Positions 8,977-18,363 of a stretch of 55,884 nt of DNA are shown in pieces. The first letter of the stretch is position 1, and every line of letters starts with the position of its first letter. This stretch comes from a virus (Duplodnaviria > Caudoviricetes): positions 1-55,884 of IMG/VR virus record IMGVR_UViG_3300025718_000003. One strand, 5' to 3'. The translations under genes and the position numbers were made by a program. A model generated the notes under the pieces. That model had not been told where the DNA came from. It did no database searches and saw only the letters and a list, made by a program, of their open reading frames with translations.

Positions 8977-9323
8977 AACCAGCAGGAGTAATACACCTAC
9001 CAGGCGGCGGGGCTATGGTGGTAGTAGCCAAGCATAGGGGCCTGGGTACAGCTAAAGCACTACAAGCGGCTATGCAGGCCGAAGACGTAAAAGTAGCCCA
9101 GGTAGCAAAGGTAAAGTATTGGAATTGTAAAAATTGCGGGCACCTAGCCGAGCAAACCGCGCAGCTGAAAGAATTGTCTTTCAAATGGCTGGGGCCGCGG
9201 ACTTCGAAAACGACCTGCCCGAATTGTGGAAGCTACACGCTGCAGCAGGCATACGACGAAACTTTTAAGGCGGGCTACTTCGTAGTAGTAAAATCCTATA
9301 ACGGCATAAGAGGGAAGGGGTAA
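8973..9323 (+). CDS. Zinc-ribbon hypothetical protein
   Basis: CKNC...CPNC pairs. Translationally coupled to the upstream gene. Confidence 0.65.
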   Translation: MKPAGVIHLPGGGAMVVVAKHRGLGTAKALQAAMQAEDVKVAQVAKVKYWNCKNCGHLAEQTAQLKELSFKWLGPRTSKTTCPNCGSYTLQQAYDETFKAGYFVVVKSYNGIRGKG

Positions 9324-9325
9324 AC

Positions 9326-10006
9326 ATGAACCAGGAACAGCGCAAAGATATACTAAAAAAGTACGCTAAAGAATTCGCAGTGTGTCCTAAATCAAACAAT
9401 ACACTACTGGAAGGTATCTACTACGATAGTAAAGGGCGTGGCATAGTGACAAATACGCACGTACTACTGCTAGTAGACGACGTAGCTAGCCCTGGCACAA
9501 GCCCTGTAGTGTTACACCATGCGACAGGTAACATTTTAGAAGGTACTTACCCTAATGTTGACCGTATAGTACCCGAAAAATACAGCCTAAGTATTGACCT
9601 GTTTCCCGAAGTTTGGCGAGAAATAGAACCTAAACAGCTAAAAGCTTTAGAAAAACTACATAAAGTAGCTGAGGGTGTAGCTACCCTGCTAGATGGGGTA
9701 CCCGCGATCATGGCAGGTGTAGAGTTTTATACAAAAGTAGCAAGCTACGAAGTAGGGGGCTGCGAACTTATGCTAAAGGTCAGTGACAGCACTATAACAT
9801 TTTCGGCCATACTTCCAGCGGTAAAAGTACGCGAGGTAGAATTTCAAATAGGATTTAATCCCACGTACGTAGTAAGCGCCTTAAAATTGATAGCGGCCTT
9901 TAAGCCGAAGAAGGTAACGCTAAACTTTAATACAGCCTTAGCGCCTATGGTATTCACTACCGACGTAGGCGTAACGGTACTGGTAACCCCTATAAGAATA
10001 CCGTAG
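9326..10006 (+). CDS. DNA polymerase III beta-clamp-like protein (short, about two domains)
   Basis: LEGIY, TNTHVL, GTYPNVDRIVP, IGFNPTYV and LVTPIR match motifs of DnaN domains 2-3. Confidence 0.7.
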   Translation: MNQEQRKDILKKYAKEFAVCPKSNNTLLEGIYYDSKGRGIVTNTHVLLLVDDVASPGTSPVVLHHATGNILEGTYPNVDRIVPEKYSLSIDLFPEVWREIEPKQLKALEKLHKVAEGVATLLDGVPAIMAGVEFYTKVASYEVGGCELMLKVSDSTITFSAILPAVKVREVEFQIGFNPTYVVSALKLIAAFKPKKVTLNFNTALAPMVFTTDVGVTVLVTPIRIP

Positions 10007-10019
10007 TAAGGAGGGCAAC

Positions 10020-10304
10020 ATGGATTTATTAGAACAAAAACCACAATTTAGCGCTAAAGCTTTCGGACTAGGAAAAGCGGTAAGGGTAGAGGATATTAGC
10101 TACCTGCAGTCGGGTCGTAAGCTGGTATATAACAGCAAGTTTAAAGACTTAAAGACCGACGCTATTATTGCAAACTTCGCACCGTTAGAATTAGTAATAT
10201 CTTACTGGGATAAGAAAGAAGTCGGCGTACGAACGCTGCTGATACCTGTAGACCTGGTAGCGGATAAGCTAATAGAAATTAAACTTATGGAGGTAGCCCC
10301 ATGA
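10020..10304 (+). CDS. Hypothetical protein
   Basis: AAGGAGG RBS, operon context. Confidence 0.7.
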   Translation: MDLLEQKPQFSAKAFGLGKAVRVEDISYLQSGRKLVYNSKFKDLKTDAIIANFAPLELVISYWDKKEVGVRTLLIPVDLVADKLIEIKLMEVAP

Positions 10305-11035
10305 AAGAGAATATAAAAGAACAGCTGCAGCAACTAATACAGGTATTCGGTCCCGAAAAGGTACTGCATAACGCGTACCAGCTGCTAGGCGGCCCAGGCG
10401 TAGAACCAAAGGTAGCTACAGTAACCCACGAACTTAGCGTAAGAAAGGCTGTAGACGGTAGCCGAATGATTATAAGCGCCCTGGACGAGTGTCTAGGGAA
10501 AGCAGCAGATAACGCGCACGAAATTATTACCCGGTTAAACGAATTACAGGCCGCTAAGGGTAAAGGCGTACCCGCTGAATACTTTAAAATATTAGGCCCC
10601 GAAGGTTTAGACTACACTTTTTCAGCCTTAGACAGCGCGGTAACTTCCCAGCTGGAAGCAGGCAATAAGCGCGAAGCCGCCCACCGTGACCGTAGCGACC
10701 TGGTACGTAGACGGGCGCAGCTAGAAACTAGTATAAAGTTAACGGAAGCCGAAGCTATCATGGGCATAGTGGGCACAGGTAAAGACGCTTATGTACTGAT
10801 AGGCGACAAAATGACTTACATGCCTAACGACACAGCCCGCGACGCTTACCGCCGCACTATGTCAATGGTAGACCGTCAAGAACTGGCCAAGGTAAACGGC
10901 GAAATCTACAGCATAGAAGCCGATATAGTACGAGCAAAAGACGCCTGGGACACAGCCAAGGAATTAAGCGACACGCTACGGGCCAGGGGTAACGCCCAGG
11001 CCGCGCTACTTAACTTTTTAGCTAGCCGGGGATAA
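10301..11035 (+). CDS. Hypothetical coiled-coil protein
   Basis: GGAGG RBS, ATGA overlap with the upstream gene. Confidence 0.75.
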   Translation: MKENIKEQLQQLIQVFGPEKVLHNAYQLLGGPGVEPKVATVTHELSVRKAVDGSRMIISALDECLGKAADNAHEIITRLNELQAAKGKGVPAEYFKILGPEGLDYTFSALDSAVTSQLEAGNKREAAHRDRSDLVRRRAQLETSIKLTEAEAIMGIVGTGKDAYVLIGDKMTYMPNDTARDAYRRTMSMVDRQELAKVNGEIYSIEADIVRAKDAWDTAKELSDTLRARGNAQAALLNFLASRG

Positions 11036-11038
11036 CCC

Positions 11039-11545
11039 ATGGACGTTAAGCAGAAAGAAAGGCAGCAGCGCGGCGAAGACTTTCAAAATGAGATTAGACG
11101 GGGCTGGCGCTTAGTGCCTAACTCATGGCGACGTCGCGTAGTGGATGGCCAGGGCAGCGGTACGCAGCCCGCAGACGAAATAATACTACTACCCGAAGGT
11201 AACGTACTGGCCGAGCATAAACGGACGGTAAACGACCGCTTTAACATTAACAAGCTGGAACCTAACCAGCAAAAGGGCCTGCTAGACTTCGACGCGGTAC
11301 TGCCTAATAACTACGGCCTGGTATTCATTAGCTTTTTAGACGAAGCCCGGCATGTAGACGAAACGTACGTAGTAAGGTTTTTAAGTTTGGCCAAATACCT
11401 ACGTAGTAAAGGGCGTATAAGCATAACCAGGAATGAATTAATGGTAAATATCCTAAGTGGTAAGGTGTGCTTTATACCTACAACAACGGCAATAGAAAGA
11501 ACTTATGATTTAAGGGGGCTGGGTACTTGCTTGAAATCTATGTAA
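11039..11545 (+). CDS. RecU-like Holliday junction resolvase (PD-(D/E)xK)
   Basis: RGEDFQ, PAD, AEHKRT and NQ motifs. Confidence 0.7.
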   Translation: MDVKQKERQQRGEDFQNEIRRGWRLVPNSWRRRVVDGQGSGTQPADEIILLPEGNVLAEHKRTVNDRFNINKLEPNQQKGLLDFDAVLPNNYGLVFISFLDEARHVDETYVVRFLSLAKYLRSKGRISITRNELMVNILSGKVCFIPTTTAIERTYDLRGLGTCLKSM

Positions 11546-13224
11546 GTAACAATATACGGATACGCGGGGCTACTACCCCACTAAGGGCGGCGGTAACAAG
11601 AGCGTTAACCATACCGAACCCCGAATATCTAAAGCGCAGGGCGCAGCGTAGGCCCTGCTGGGGCATTACGGCGACACTAACCTTATACATAGTCGTAGGC
11701 GATATTATAATAGCGCCTAGGGGCTTCCTAGCGGAACTACAGCTAATACTACTAGACCAGGGGCTACGGCCTACAGTAACTTTTAACTATAACCAAGCCA
11801 AACACGTAGACTTCGGGGCGTGGAACCCAGCTTACGAGCCATTCGGCCACCAGGTACCAGCAATAGCCGCTATGGTAGCGCAAAACGGCATAATCCTAGC
11901 GCCTGCAGGGGCGGGTAAAACGCTTATAGGTATGGCGGCCATTCGAGAAATAGCCGTACCTACGTTATGGCTGGCCCATACAATAGACCTAATAAAACAG
12001 TCGGCAGCTGCAGCAATGAAGTATATGCCAGGCGTCGGTCGTGTAGGTATGCTGGCCGAGGGTACAGTAGACTGGGGTGACGGTAAACTAATCGTAGCCA
12101 CAGCGCAGACCCTGCAGGGTAATGACAGACTGATACAAGCACTTAACGGCTTCCTGGGTATGGTAGTAGTTGACGAAGCCCACCATTTTCCTAGCGAAAT
12201 GTTTAACAGCGTAGTAGACCAGTTTACCGTTAAACATTTAAAAGGCGTAACGGCTACAGCCGACCGTAAGGACAGAATGGAAAAGGTAATGTACTTAGGG
12301 ATAGGCCCTGTGCTACACGAAGTACCCCGCGACATTCTTTACGACAATGGTTTTCTGGTAAGGCCGAAAATAGAATTTATCTATACGGACTTTTGCAAAG
12401 AAAGCGCCAGCGATCGAAACGAAATAGACGCCGTGGACGCTGGGGGCGACGACTTCGACTATGTAGGGCTAATACGGGACTTATGTGCAGACGAAGCACG
12501 TATAGAACTGATTGCCCAGGAAATTGTAGACAGCGTAGCGGGTAATTGCCAACTGGTATTATCTGATAATATCCGATATTTGTACAGGCTGCAGGCTAGG
12601 GTAAATGTACTATGGCACGCTTCCAAAGTATCCTATCCTCTATTTGACGGCGTTATACACGGTAGCTTACAGCGCTATGTATGGTACGTAGTAAAGAATG
12701 AAAAAGCGGGCCTACAAATGGTAGCCGAGGGTGCAGCCTTAGCAGTAAAGCATAACAAGGGCCTAAAGCGCTGGGAAACGAAGCACGAACAGTACACGCC
12801 CCAGGAATACGCCGCCTGGCAGATTAACCCCAGGGAACGGGCCGACCGTATCGACGCCCTAAGAGAAAGAAAGCTGCAGATCGTGTACGCCACGGCCCAG
12901 CTGGTACAGGAAGGGCTAGACATTCCCCACCTAACAGTAGGTCACCTGGCGACACCAAAGCGGGGCGACAGTAAGGAAAAGGGCAGGCAGGACGGCAGCG
13001 CAGTAGAGCAAGCTATAGGACGGCTGCAGCGTCGCGATCCTAAGAACCCTAACAAAGTGTCCATATGGAAGGACTACGTAGACTACAATATCGGTGTATT
13101 TAAAGATCAGTACCTAAGTAGGCGAAAAGTGTATAAGCGCCTGGGCCTGGTACTACCGAAAAAAGAAGCGGTAAAAAGTACTATAAGCCAGCTAGACGAT
13201 TGGCTGGGGACTATGCCGTATTAA
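11527..13224 (+). CDS. SF2 DEAD/DEAH-box helicase
   Basis: APAGAGKT, DEAHH, TAT, EGLDIP and QAIGRLQR motifs. Confidence 0.93.
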   Translation: MLEIYVSNNIRIRGATTPLRAAVTRALTIPNPEYLKRRAQRRPCWGITATLTLYIVVGDIIIAPRGFLAELQLILLDQGLRPTVTFNYNQAKHVDFGAWNPAYEPFGHQVPAIAAMVAQNGIILAPAGAGKTLIGMAAIREIAVPTLWLAHTIDLIKQSAAAAMKYMPGVGRVGMLAEGTVDWGDGKLIVATAQTLQGNDRLIQALNGFLGMVVVDEAHHFPSEMFNSVVDQFTVKHLKGVTATADRKDRMEKVMYLGIGPVLHEVPRDILYDNGFLVRPKIEFIYTDFCKESASDRNEIDAVDAGGDDFDYVGLIRDLCADEARIELIAQEIVDSVAGNCQLVLSDNIRYLYRLQARVNVLWHASKVSYPLFDGVIHGSLQRYVWYVVKNEKAGLQMVAEGAALAVKHNKGLKRWETKHEQYTPQEYAAWQINPRERADRIDALRERKLQIVYATAQLVQEGLDIPHLTVGHLATPKRGDSKEKGRQDGSAVEQAIGRLQRRDPKNPNKVSIWKDYVDYNIGVFKDQYLSRRKVYKRLGLVLPKKEAVKSTISQLDDWLGTMPY

Positions 13225-13236
13225 GGGGGTAATATT

Positions 13237-13398
13237 ATGGCCATATCAAAGGCCGAAGAATTAGCAAGAAATTTGCGGTATCTAAACTACGCGCTTACCG
13301 AAGAAGAACTTAACGCAATAGACGACATACTAGTAAACGCACTAATACGGATAGGTAGCGAAATACGAGAAACATTAGAGGGGGTATCACTAGATTGA
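13237..13398 (+). CDS. Small hypothetical protein (53 aa, not in the ORF track)
   Basis: AGGGGG RBS, MAISKAEELARNLRY..., stop overlaps the thyX start. Confidence 0.65.
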   Translation: MAISKAEELARNLRYLNYALTEEELNAIDDILVNALIRIGSEIRETLEGVSLD

Positions 13399-14060
13399 AA
13401 ACAGTAAAAGCAGGGTTTTCCATAATTGACCACGTAAGCGGCGGGGCCATACTTGAAAAATTAGAAATGATAGGCCGTATCTGCTACAAGTCGGAAGAAA
13501 AAACTACCGCAACTTCTGCGGCGCCTTTTGTCACTGGGCTAATAAAACGGGGGCACGAAGCCATGCTAGAACATGTAAGCCTTAGCGTACAGTTTACGAC
13601 TGACAGGGGCGTAACCCATGAACTAGTACGGCACAGGCTGGCCAGCTTCGCCCAGGAATCGACAAGGTACTGCAACTACAGCGCCGATAAATTCGAAAAC
13701 AGCGTAACGATTATAAGCCCTGGCTACTGGGAAGCCGCTAGCGACGACACCGAGTACGACGCCCATATTAAAAGAATGTCTAGGAGCATATACCAAGACA
13801 CCGCGCATACCGTGGAAAAAGCGTACTTCGACCTGTTAGCCTTAGGTAATAGCCCGCAGCAGGCCCGTATCGTACTAATGACTGGCACAAAAGCCGAACT
13901 AGTTATAACTGCTAACTTACGAGAATGGCGGCACATTATGAACCTTCGGGCCGTAGGCACTACAGGCGCCCCGCACCCGCAAATGATCGAAGTCATGCGG
14001 CCACTACTTGACACGTTTCACGATTTTGTACCCGTTATTTTTGATGATATTAACTACTAG
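13395..14060 (+). CDS. thyX: FAD-dependent thymidylate synthase
   Basis: ThyX motif RHRLASFAQESTR, plus GHEAMLEH and NLREWRH. Confidence 0.96.
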   Translation: MKTVKAGFSIIDHVSGGAILEKLEMIGRICYKSEEKTTATSAAPFVTGLIKRGHEAMLEHVSLSVQFTTDRGVTHELVRHRLASFAQESTRYCNYSADKFENSVTIISPGYWEAASDDTEYDAHIKRMSRSIYQDTAHTVEKAYFDLLALGNSPQQARIVLMTGTKAELVITANLREWRHIMNLRAVGTTGAPHPQMIEVMRPLLDTFHDFVPVIFDDINY

Positions 14061-14085
14061 GTATGTCAAATTTTTTTAATGCCGA

Positions 14086-14102
14086 GTGTCTTAAAAAGAC
14101 AC
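14086..14102. promoter_or_regulatory. Operator palindrome upstream of the replication genes
   Basis: GTGTCTTAAAAAGACAC, same GTGTC-N7-GACAC consensus. Confidence 0.7.
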
Positions 14103-14163
14103 GAAATACTTATTGCGTATACCAATTAATATAAAAAATAAAATTTATGGGGGAATTTACATT

Positions 14164-14955
14164 ATGACAACAGTAGCAAACACAAATGAAGAATTAGCGG
14201 CACAAAACGCGCTGCAGACTAAAGACTTAGTACAGGTACCAGCTGTGGGCGCAGTAGCCGCAGTGGCCAAAACGAAAAGCTACGCAGCGGCCCTACTCGA
14301 AGGCATGAAAGCTGACTTCCTAGAGGTCAATGATGGCATGGACTTAGATTTTGTGTACTTAGGCAGCTGGCTTACCCTAGATAAAAAAGGTATTTTCGTG
14401 GAGAAAGACGGCAAGGAAGACGTAAAAACCCGCGTAGCATACGGCGAAACTATCGACGTTATCGTAGCTCAGGGAGAAAAACGTTGGACATTATGGGGAA
14501 AACAAAAAAGCCCCGAAGATGGCCAGTTAATTGTAGCCGAGCGCGAAGAAGTAGACGCAGTAGCCAAGTTAGAAAACTGGTTAGAGCAGCACCCGGAAGC
14601 CGCAGACCGTTACGACGCACACAGCGCAAAACTTTGCTACCTGGCGTATGTTATCCCGGTTAAAACTCTTAGCCCTGACGACTACCCTAAAATCTACCTT
14701 ATGTCATTCCCTCCTACAGCTACCATAAGTTACGGCAAATACGCCTTTAACGGGGTATTCCAGGGTAAGTACAAAGTGCTAGGAATTCCAGCCCGTACAG
14801 GTATGGCCAGCGTAGTAACCCGTATCGGTAATGTAGAAGCGGGTAGCGGTAGCGAAACCTATCTAGCCCTAACCTTTGAGCCTGTAGGAATGTTTAGACC
14901 CGAAGAATACGGCGTAAATCCTAACGGCGACGTAGGCGCCCAGCAAGCAGAGTAA
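14164..14955 (+). CDS. Hypothetical replication-associated protein (possible ssDNA-binding protein)
   Basis: GGGGG RBS before ATG 14164. Lies immediately upstream of the primase-helicase. Function inferred from position only. Confidence 0.6.
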   Translation: MTTVANTNEELAAQNALQTKDLVQVPAVGAVAAVAKTKSYAAALLEGMKADFLEVNDGMDLDFVYLGSWLTLDKKGIFVEKDGKEDVKTRVAYGETIDVIVAQGEKRWTLWGKQKSPEDGQLIVAEREEVDAVAKLENWLEQHPEAADRYDAHSAKLCYLAYVIPVKTLSPDDYPKIYLMSFPPTATISYGKYAFNGVFQGKYKVLGIPARTGMASVVTRIGNVEAGSGSETYLALTFEPVGMFRPEEYGVNPNGDVGAQQAE

Positions 14956-14976
14956 ATTTACTAGGGGGCGTACTAC

Positions 14977-17900
14977 ATGGCAGGCAAGGAAAAAGAAAAT
15001 ACCGCCGACCAATTTAAGTACGTTGATGTTTGGCATAATGCGGAGAACGAGAGGTCTAGCGAATGGGAACGTATAGAATATACTAACGTTCCCAAGTACC
15101 AGCAGGAAGTAGCTTTTAACTACAATTGCTTCGCGACTATACAGCGTTTTGCTAACGAGGTAAGGGCACGGGGGGAAGAATTCATAGCCCCCCTTTACTT
15201 TGACCTAGACAGCGCCGACCCGAGCATTAGCCAGGCAGACAGCGTAAAACTTATAGACTTTCTTACAATAGAATTAGAAGTGCTGCCTACAGATATATGG
15301 ATATATTTTAGCGGAAGTAAGGGCTTTCATATTCTGATATCTAGTACAGCAGCAGGTGTACAGCCAAGCAATTATTTACATAAAGTATATAAGCATATGG
15401 CGGGCTATTTAATTCACAGGCTGGGCCTTACTACGCTGGACTTAGTTGTATACACTTCTTCGCGTATGCTGCGGCTGCCGAATTCGGTACACGCCACGAC
15501 AAAAAAATACAAAGTCGAATTATCTATTGAAGAACTGAAAACTTTAACACTAGATCAAATAAAGGAACTTGCTTCACAGCCCCGCAAAAATGCAGCCTTT
15601 ACAGGAGAGCAGCGGCGCGAAGGCCGAGCAGTACGCCCAAAGCTTGCCGACTTCTTCGAGAATAAGAAGCAAGAGCAGCAGCAGGCCATAGCAACGACCA
15701 GCGCTAGGTACCAAAAAGAAAAGTACCACTTTAGCAAAGAGCAAGCGCCCGCCTGCGTGGAAGACATTTTAGCTGGCGGCTGGAAGAAGGAAGGCGACAG
15801 GAACCAGGCTACTATACAGCTGGCCTGCTACTTCAAAGACGCAGGGCACACGAAAAACGAAGCCCTGGACATTCTAGTAAACTGGGCCACGCAGCACACT
15901 AGCGCCGAAAAAGGCTACCAAGTGCAGCAGCGTACCGCTAACACTAGAAGCGTAGTAGACGTAGTTTACAGCCAGGATAATGATTACAAGTTTGGTTGTG
16001 CTTTCATTCGCAGCCTACACGGGGAAAAGAAAATAGGCAGCAAAGACTACCAGCGCGTAGCCTGCAGCGGCGACCTTTGCCCATGTATTGGAACCGAAGA
16101 ACCTACAGAAGCGCCCATAACCCTACACTTAGCGCAGACAGGCGACGCTAGCCTAACGGGTAAGTTAATTCGAACTAGGGTAATGGTCGCAGGTAAAAAG
16201 CATACGCCGTACATAGTGCCTAAGAAAGTGGAATATAGCTGCTGGGGATATAAAGGCTGTAAAAAGGTACATTGCCCCCTATTCGATATACCGACCCATA
16301 CCGTGTACAAAGATATGGGAGTAGCTAACCGGGAACTTATACAAATGACGGGTACTGCTGACGACAACATAAAAGGAATACTACGTGAATTATCGGGTAT
16401 TCCCAGCTGCCCCAAGTTCACTATGGAAACGGTAGAAACGACCAACGTAGACGAACTACTGGTAATACCGATGGCAGAGCAAATGGACAGCAAAGAAGCG
16501 GATACGGCAGAAGGCAGCGGCCACTACGTACTACGTAAGGTATACGCAATAGGCGGGCTGGACGTATCAGAAAACAAATACTACGAACTGGACGGCTACG
16601 TATACGCCCACCCGAAGAACCAGGAAAGTACGGTACTAATCAAAGAAGCCAGGGCCTTACAGGACGTAGTAGCCAGTTTTAAGCTTACGGAAGAAGCTAA
16701 GGAACTACTGCAGGTATTTAAGCCCCACGACTACAGCCCGGAATGTATCGAAGAAAAGCTAGCGGCCATATGCGCCGACCTAACGTACAACGTAACCCGT
16801 ATCGTACAAAGAGACGAAACGCTGCTAGCCCTACTACTTGTACAGCACAGCGTACTACGCTTTTCGGTACCCTGGGACAGCAGCCAGCTACGCGGCTGGG
16901 TGGAAGCTATGATAGTAGGCGACACTTCGACAGGTAAGAGCGCACTAATAGAAAAGCTTATGCGGTACTGCGGCCTAGGGGCACGGGTAAACGCTGAGAG
17001 TACCAGTAGGACAGGCTTAACCTACAAGATGGAGCAGAGCGGGGCAGGCGGTAGCTGGTACATTGTATGGGGCGCCTGGCCACTAGCTGACAAAGAAATG
17101 ATATGGATTGACGAAGCTAGCGGCATAACTAAGGATGAATTCGGAGAAATGACGCTAGCCCGGTCAGACGGCCGCCTAGAAGTAAAGCGGGCTGTAACAG
17201 CCGAAACGCCGTGTAGAGTACGGGCTATATTGACCAGTAACGTACCGAAAGGAAAAATGTTAGCTGATTATGGCCAGGGCGTAGAGAGCCTTAAAGACCT
17301 GTTTAATAACGAAGATATACGCCGCTTCGATATGGCCGTGTTTATGAAGGCCGCAGACGTCGCGCCCGAAGTTTATAATCAACAGTTGCCTACGTACCCT
17401 AGCATGATAACCAGTGAAGCGTATAAAACCAGCATACTGTTTGCCTGGTCACGTAAGCCCGACGACGTTATTTTTGCAGAGGATACTATAGACCGCATAC
17501 TTTCAGTATCTACAGAACTTTCTAAAATATATGGAAATGCTGCAGACATTCCACTGGTGAACCCTGCCGATCAACGTAATAAGATAGCCCGTCTTAGTGT
17601 AGCGCTGGCCGTACTCACTCATAGCACCGACGAAACGGGCCATAAAGTGGTAGTACACCCTGGGCACGTAACATTTATAGGCGAGTACCTTAAAAGCTTA
17701 TACAACGCCCCAGGCTGCGGCCTTAACTATTACGCAAAGCTAGCCATTAAAGAAATGGAAATGACTAAAGACCGCTATGAGCGAATAACCGTAGACCTTA
17801 GAAAAATAGACACTTTAAAAGGTGATATTAAATTCTTTGAGTTTATAAAGCTTTTCGCCAGGCAGAAGTATTTAAGGCTGGGGGACGTCGAAGCCATGCT

Positions 17901-18063
17901 TTCAATTGATAAGGAAGAATCTAAAGCTATTGTAAATACTCTGGCTAAAATGCGAATGGTAGAAATGACTAGCGGCGGCTACCGCAAAACTTCCCGGTTT
18001 AACGCGTATATAGCCTACTGCTTCAAACTAGGGCTATTTGATGATATGGAAGATGATTATTAG
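14977..18063 (+). CDS. Archaeo-eukaryotic primase (AEP) fused to an MCM-like AAA+ helicase
   Basis: AEP motifs FDLD, SGSKGFH and RLPNS. PriCT-like EGDRNQ. Cys clusters. MCM motifs GDTSTGKS, STSRTGLT, GAWPLAD, IDE and RRFD. Confidence 0.9.
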   Translation: MAGKEKENTADQFKYVDVWHNAENERSSEWERIEYTNVPKYQQEVAFNYNCFATIQRFANEVRARGEEFIAPLYFDLDSADPSISQADSVKLIDFLTIELEVLPTDIWIYFSGSKGFHILISSTAAGVQPSNYLHKVYKHMAGYLIHRLGLTTLDLVVYTSSRMLRLPNSVHATTKKYKVELSIEELKTLTLDQIKELASQPRKNAAFTGEQRREGRAVRPKLADFFENKKQEQQQAIATTSARYQKEKYHFSKEQAPACVEDILAGGWKKEGDRNQATIQLACYFKDAGHTKNEALDILVNWATQHTSAEKGYQVQQRTANTRSVVDVVYSQDNDYKFGCAFIRSLHGEKKIGSKDYQRVACSGDLCPCIGTEEPTEAPITLHLAQTGDASLTGKLIRTRVMVAGKKHTPYIVPKKVEYSCWGYKGCKKVHCPLFDIPTHTVYKDMGVANRELIQMTGTADDNIKGILRELSGIPSCPKFTMETVETTNVDELLVIPMAEQMDSKEADTAEGSGHYVLRKVYAIGGLDVSENKYYELDGYVYAHPKNQESTVLIKEARALQDVVASFKLTEEAKELLQVFKPHDYSPECIEEKLAAICADLTYNVTRIVQRDETLLALLLVQHSVLRFSVPWDSSQLRGWVEAMIVGDTSTGKSALIEKLMRYCGLGARVNAESTSRTGLTYKMEQSGAGGSWYIVWGAWPLADKEMIWIDEASGITKDEFGEMTLARSDGRLEVKRAVTAETPCRVRAILTSNVPKGKMLADYGQGVESLKDLFNNEDIRRFDMAVFMKAADVAPEVYNQQLPTYPSMITSEAYKTSILFAWSRKPDDVIFAEDTIDRILSVSTELSKIYGNAADIPLVNPADQRNKIARLSVALAVLTHSTDETGHKVVVHPGHVTFIGEYLKSLYNAPGCGLNYYAKLAIKEMEMTKDRYERITVDLRKIDTLKGDIKFFEFIKLFARQKYLRLGDVEAMLSIDKEESKAIVNTLAKMRMVEMTSGGYRKTSRFNAYIAYCFKLGLFDDMEDDY

Positions 18064-18075
18064 GAGGGCGACAAA

Positions 18076-18363
18076 ATGTATGAAGTATCAGTAATGCGAG
18101 GGCTGCCGAAGCGCGGCGAACACTTCCAAAATACAAAGACCGGCGACACCTACGACGTAATCGAAATACTACCCTTAGGGGTAAAGCCCCCAGGCTTCGC
18201 CGTCAATGCTAACAATGGTAAACACTATTTGACAGAAGCCCAGGTACTGTATAGCAAAGGGGCGCTTACTTACTACCGAAAGGTAGACGAATTTATGGGC
18301 CTACGATTCGACGAGAAGCAGAAAGCCTACGTAACCCGCTTTATTAGGACAAAAGTGTTATGA
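18076..18363 (+). CDS. Hypothetical protein (DUF1653-like)
   Basis: G..FQNTKTG..YDVI...VLY...Y.R...EF.......RF pattern. Confidence 0.55.
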   Translation: MYEVSVMRGLPKRGEHFQNTKTGDTYDVIEILPLGVKPPGFAVNANNGKHYLTEAQVLYSKGALTYYRKVDEFMGLRFDEKQKAYVTRFIRTKVL

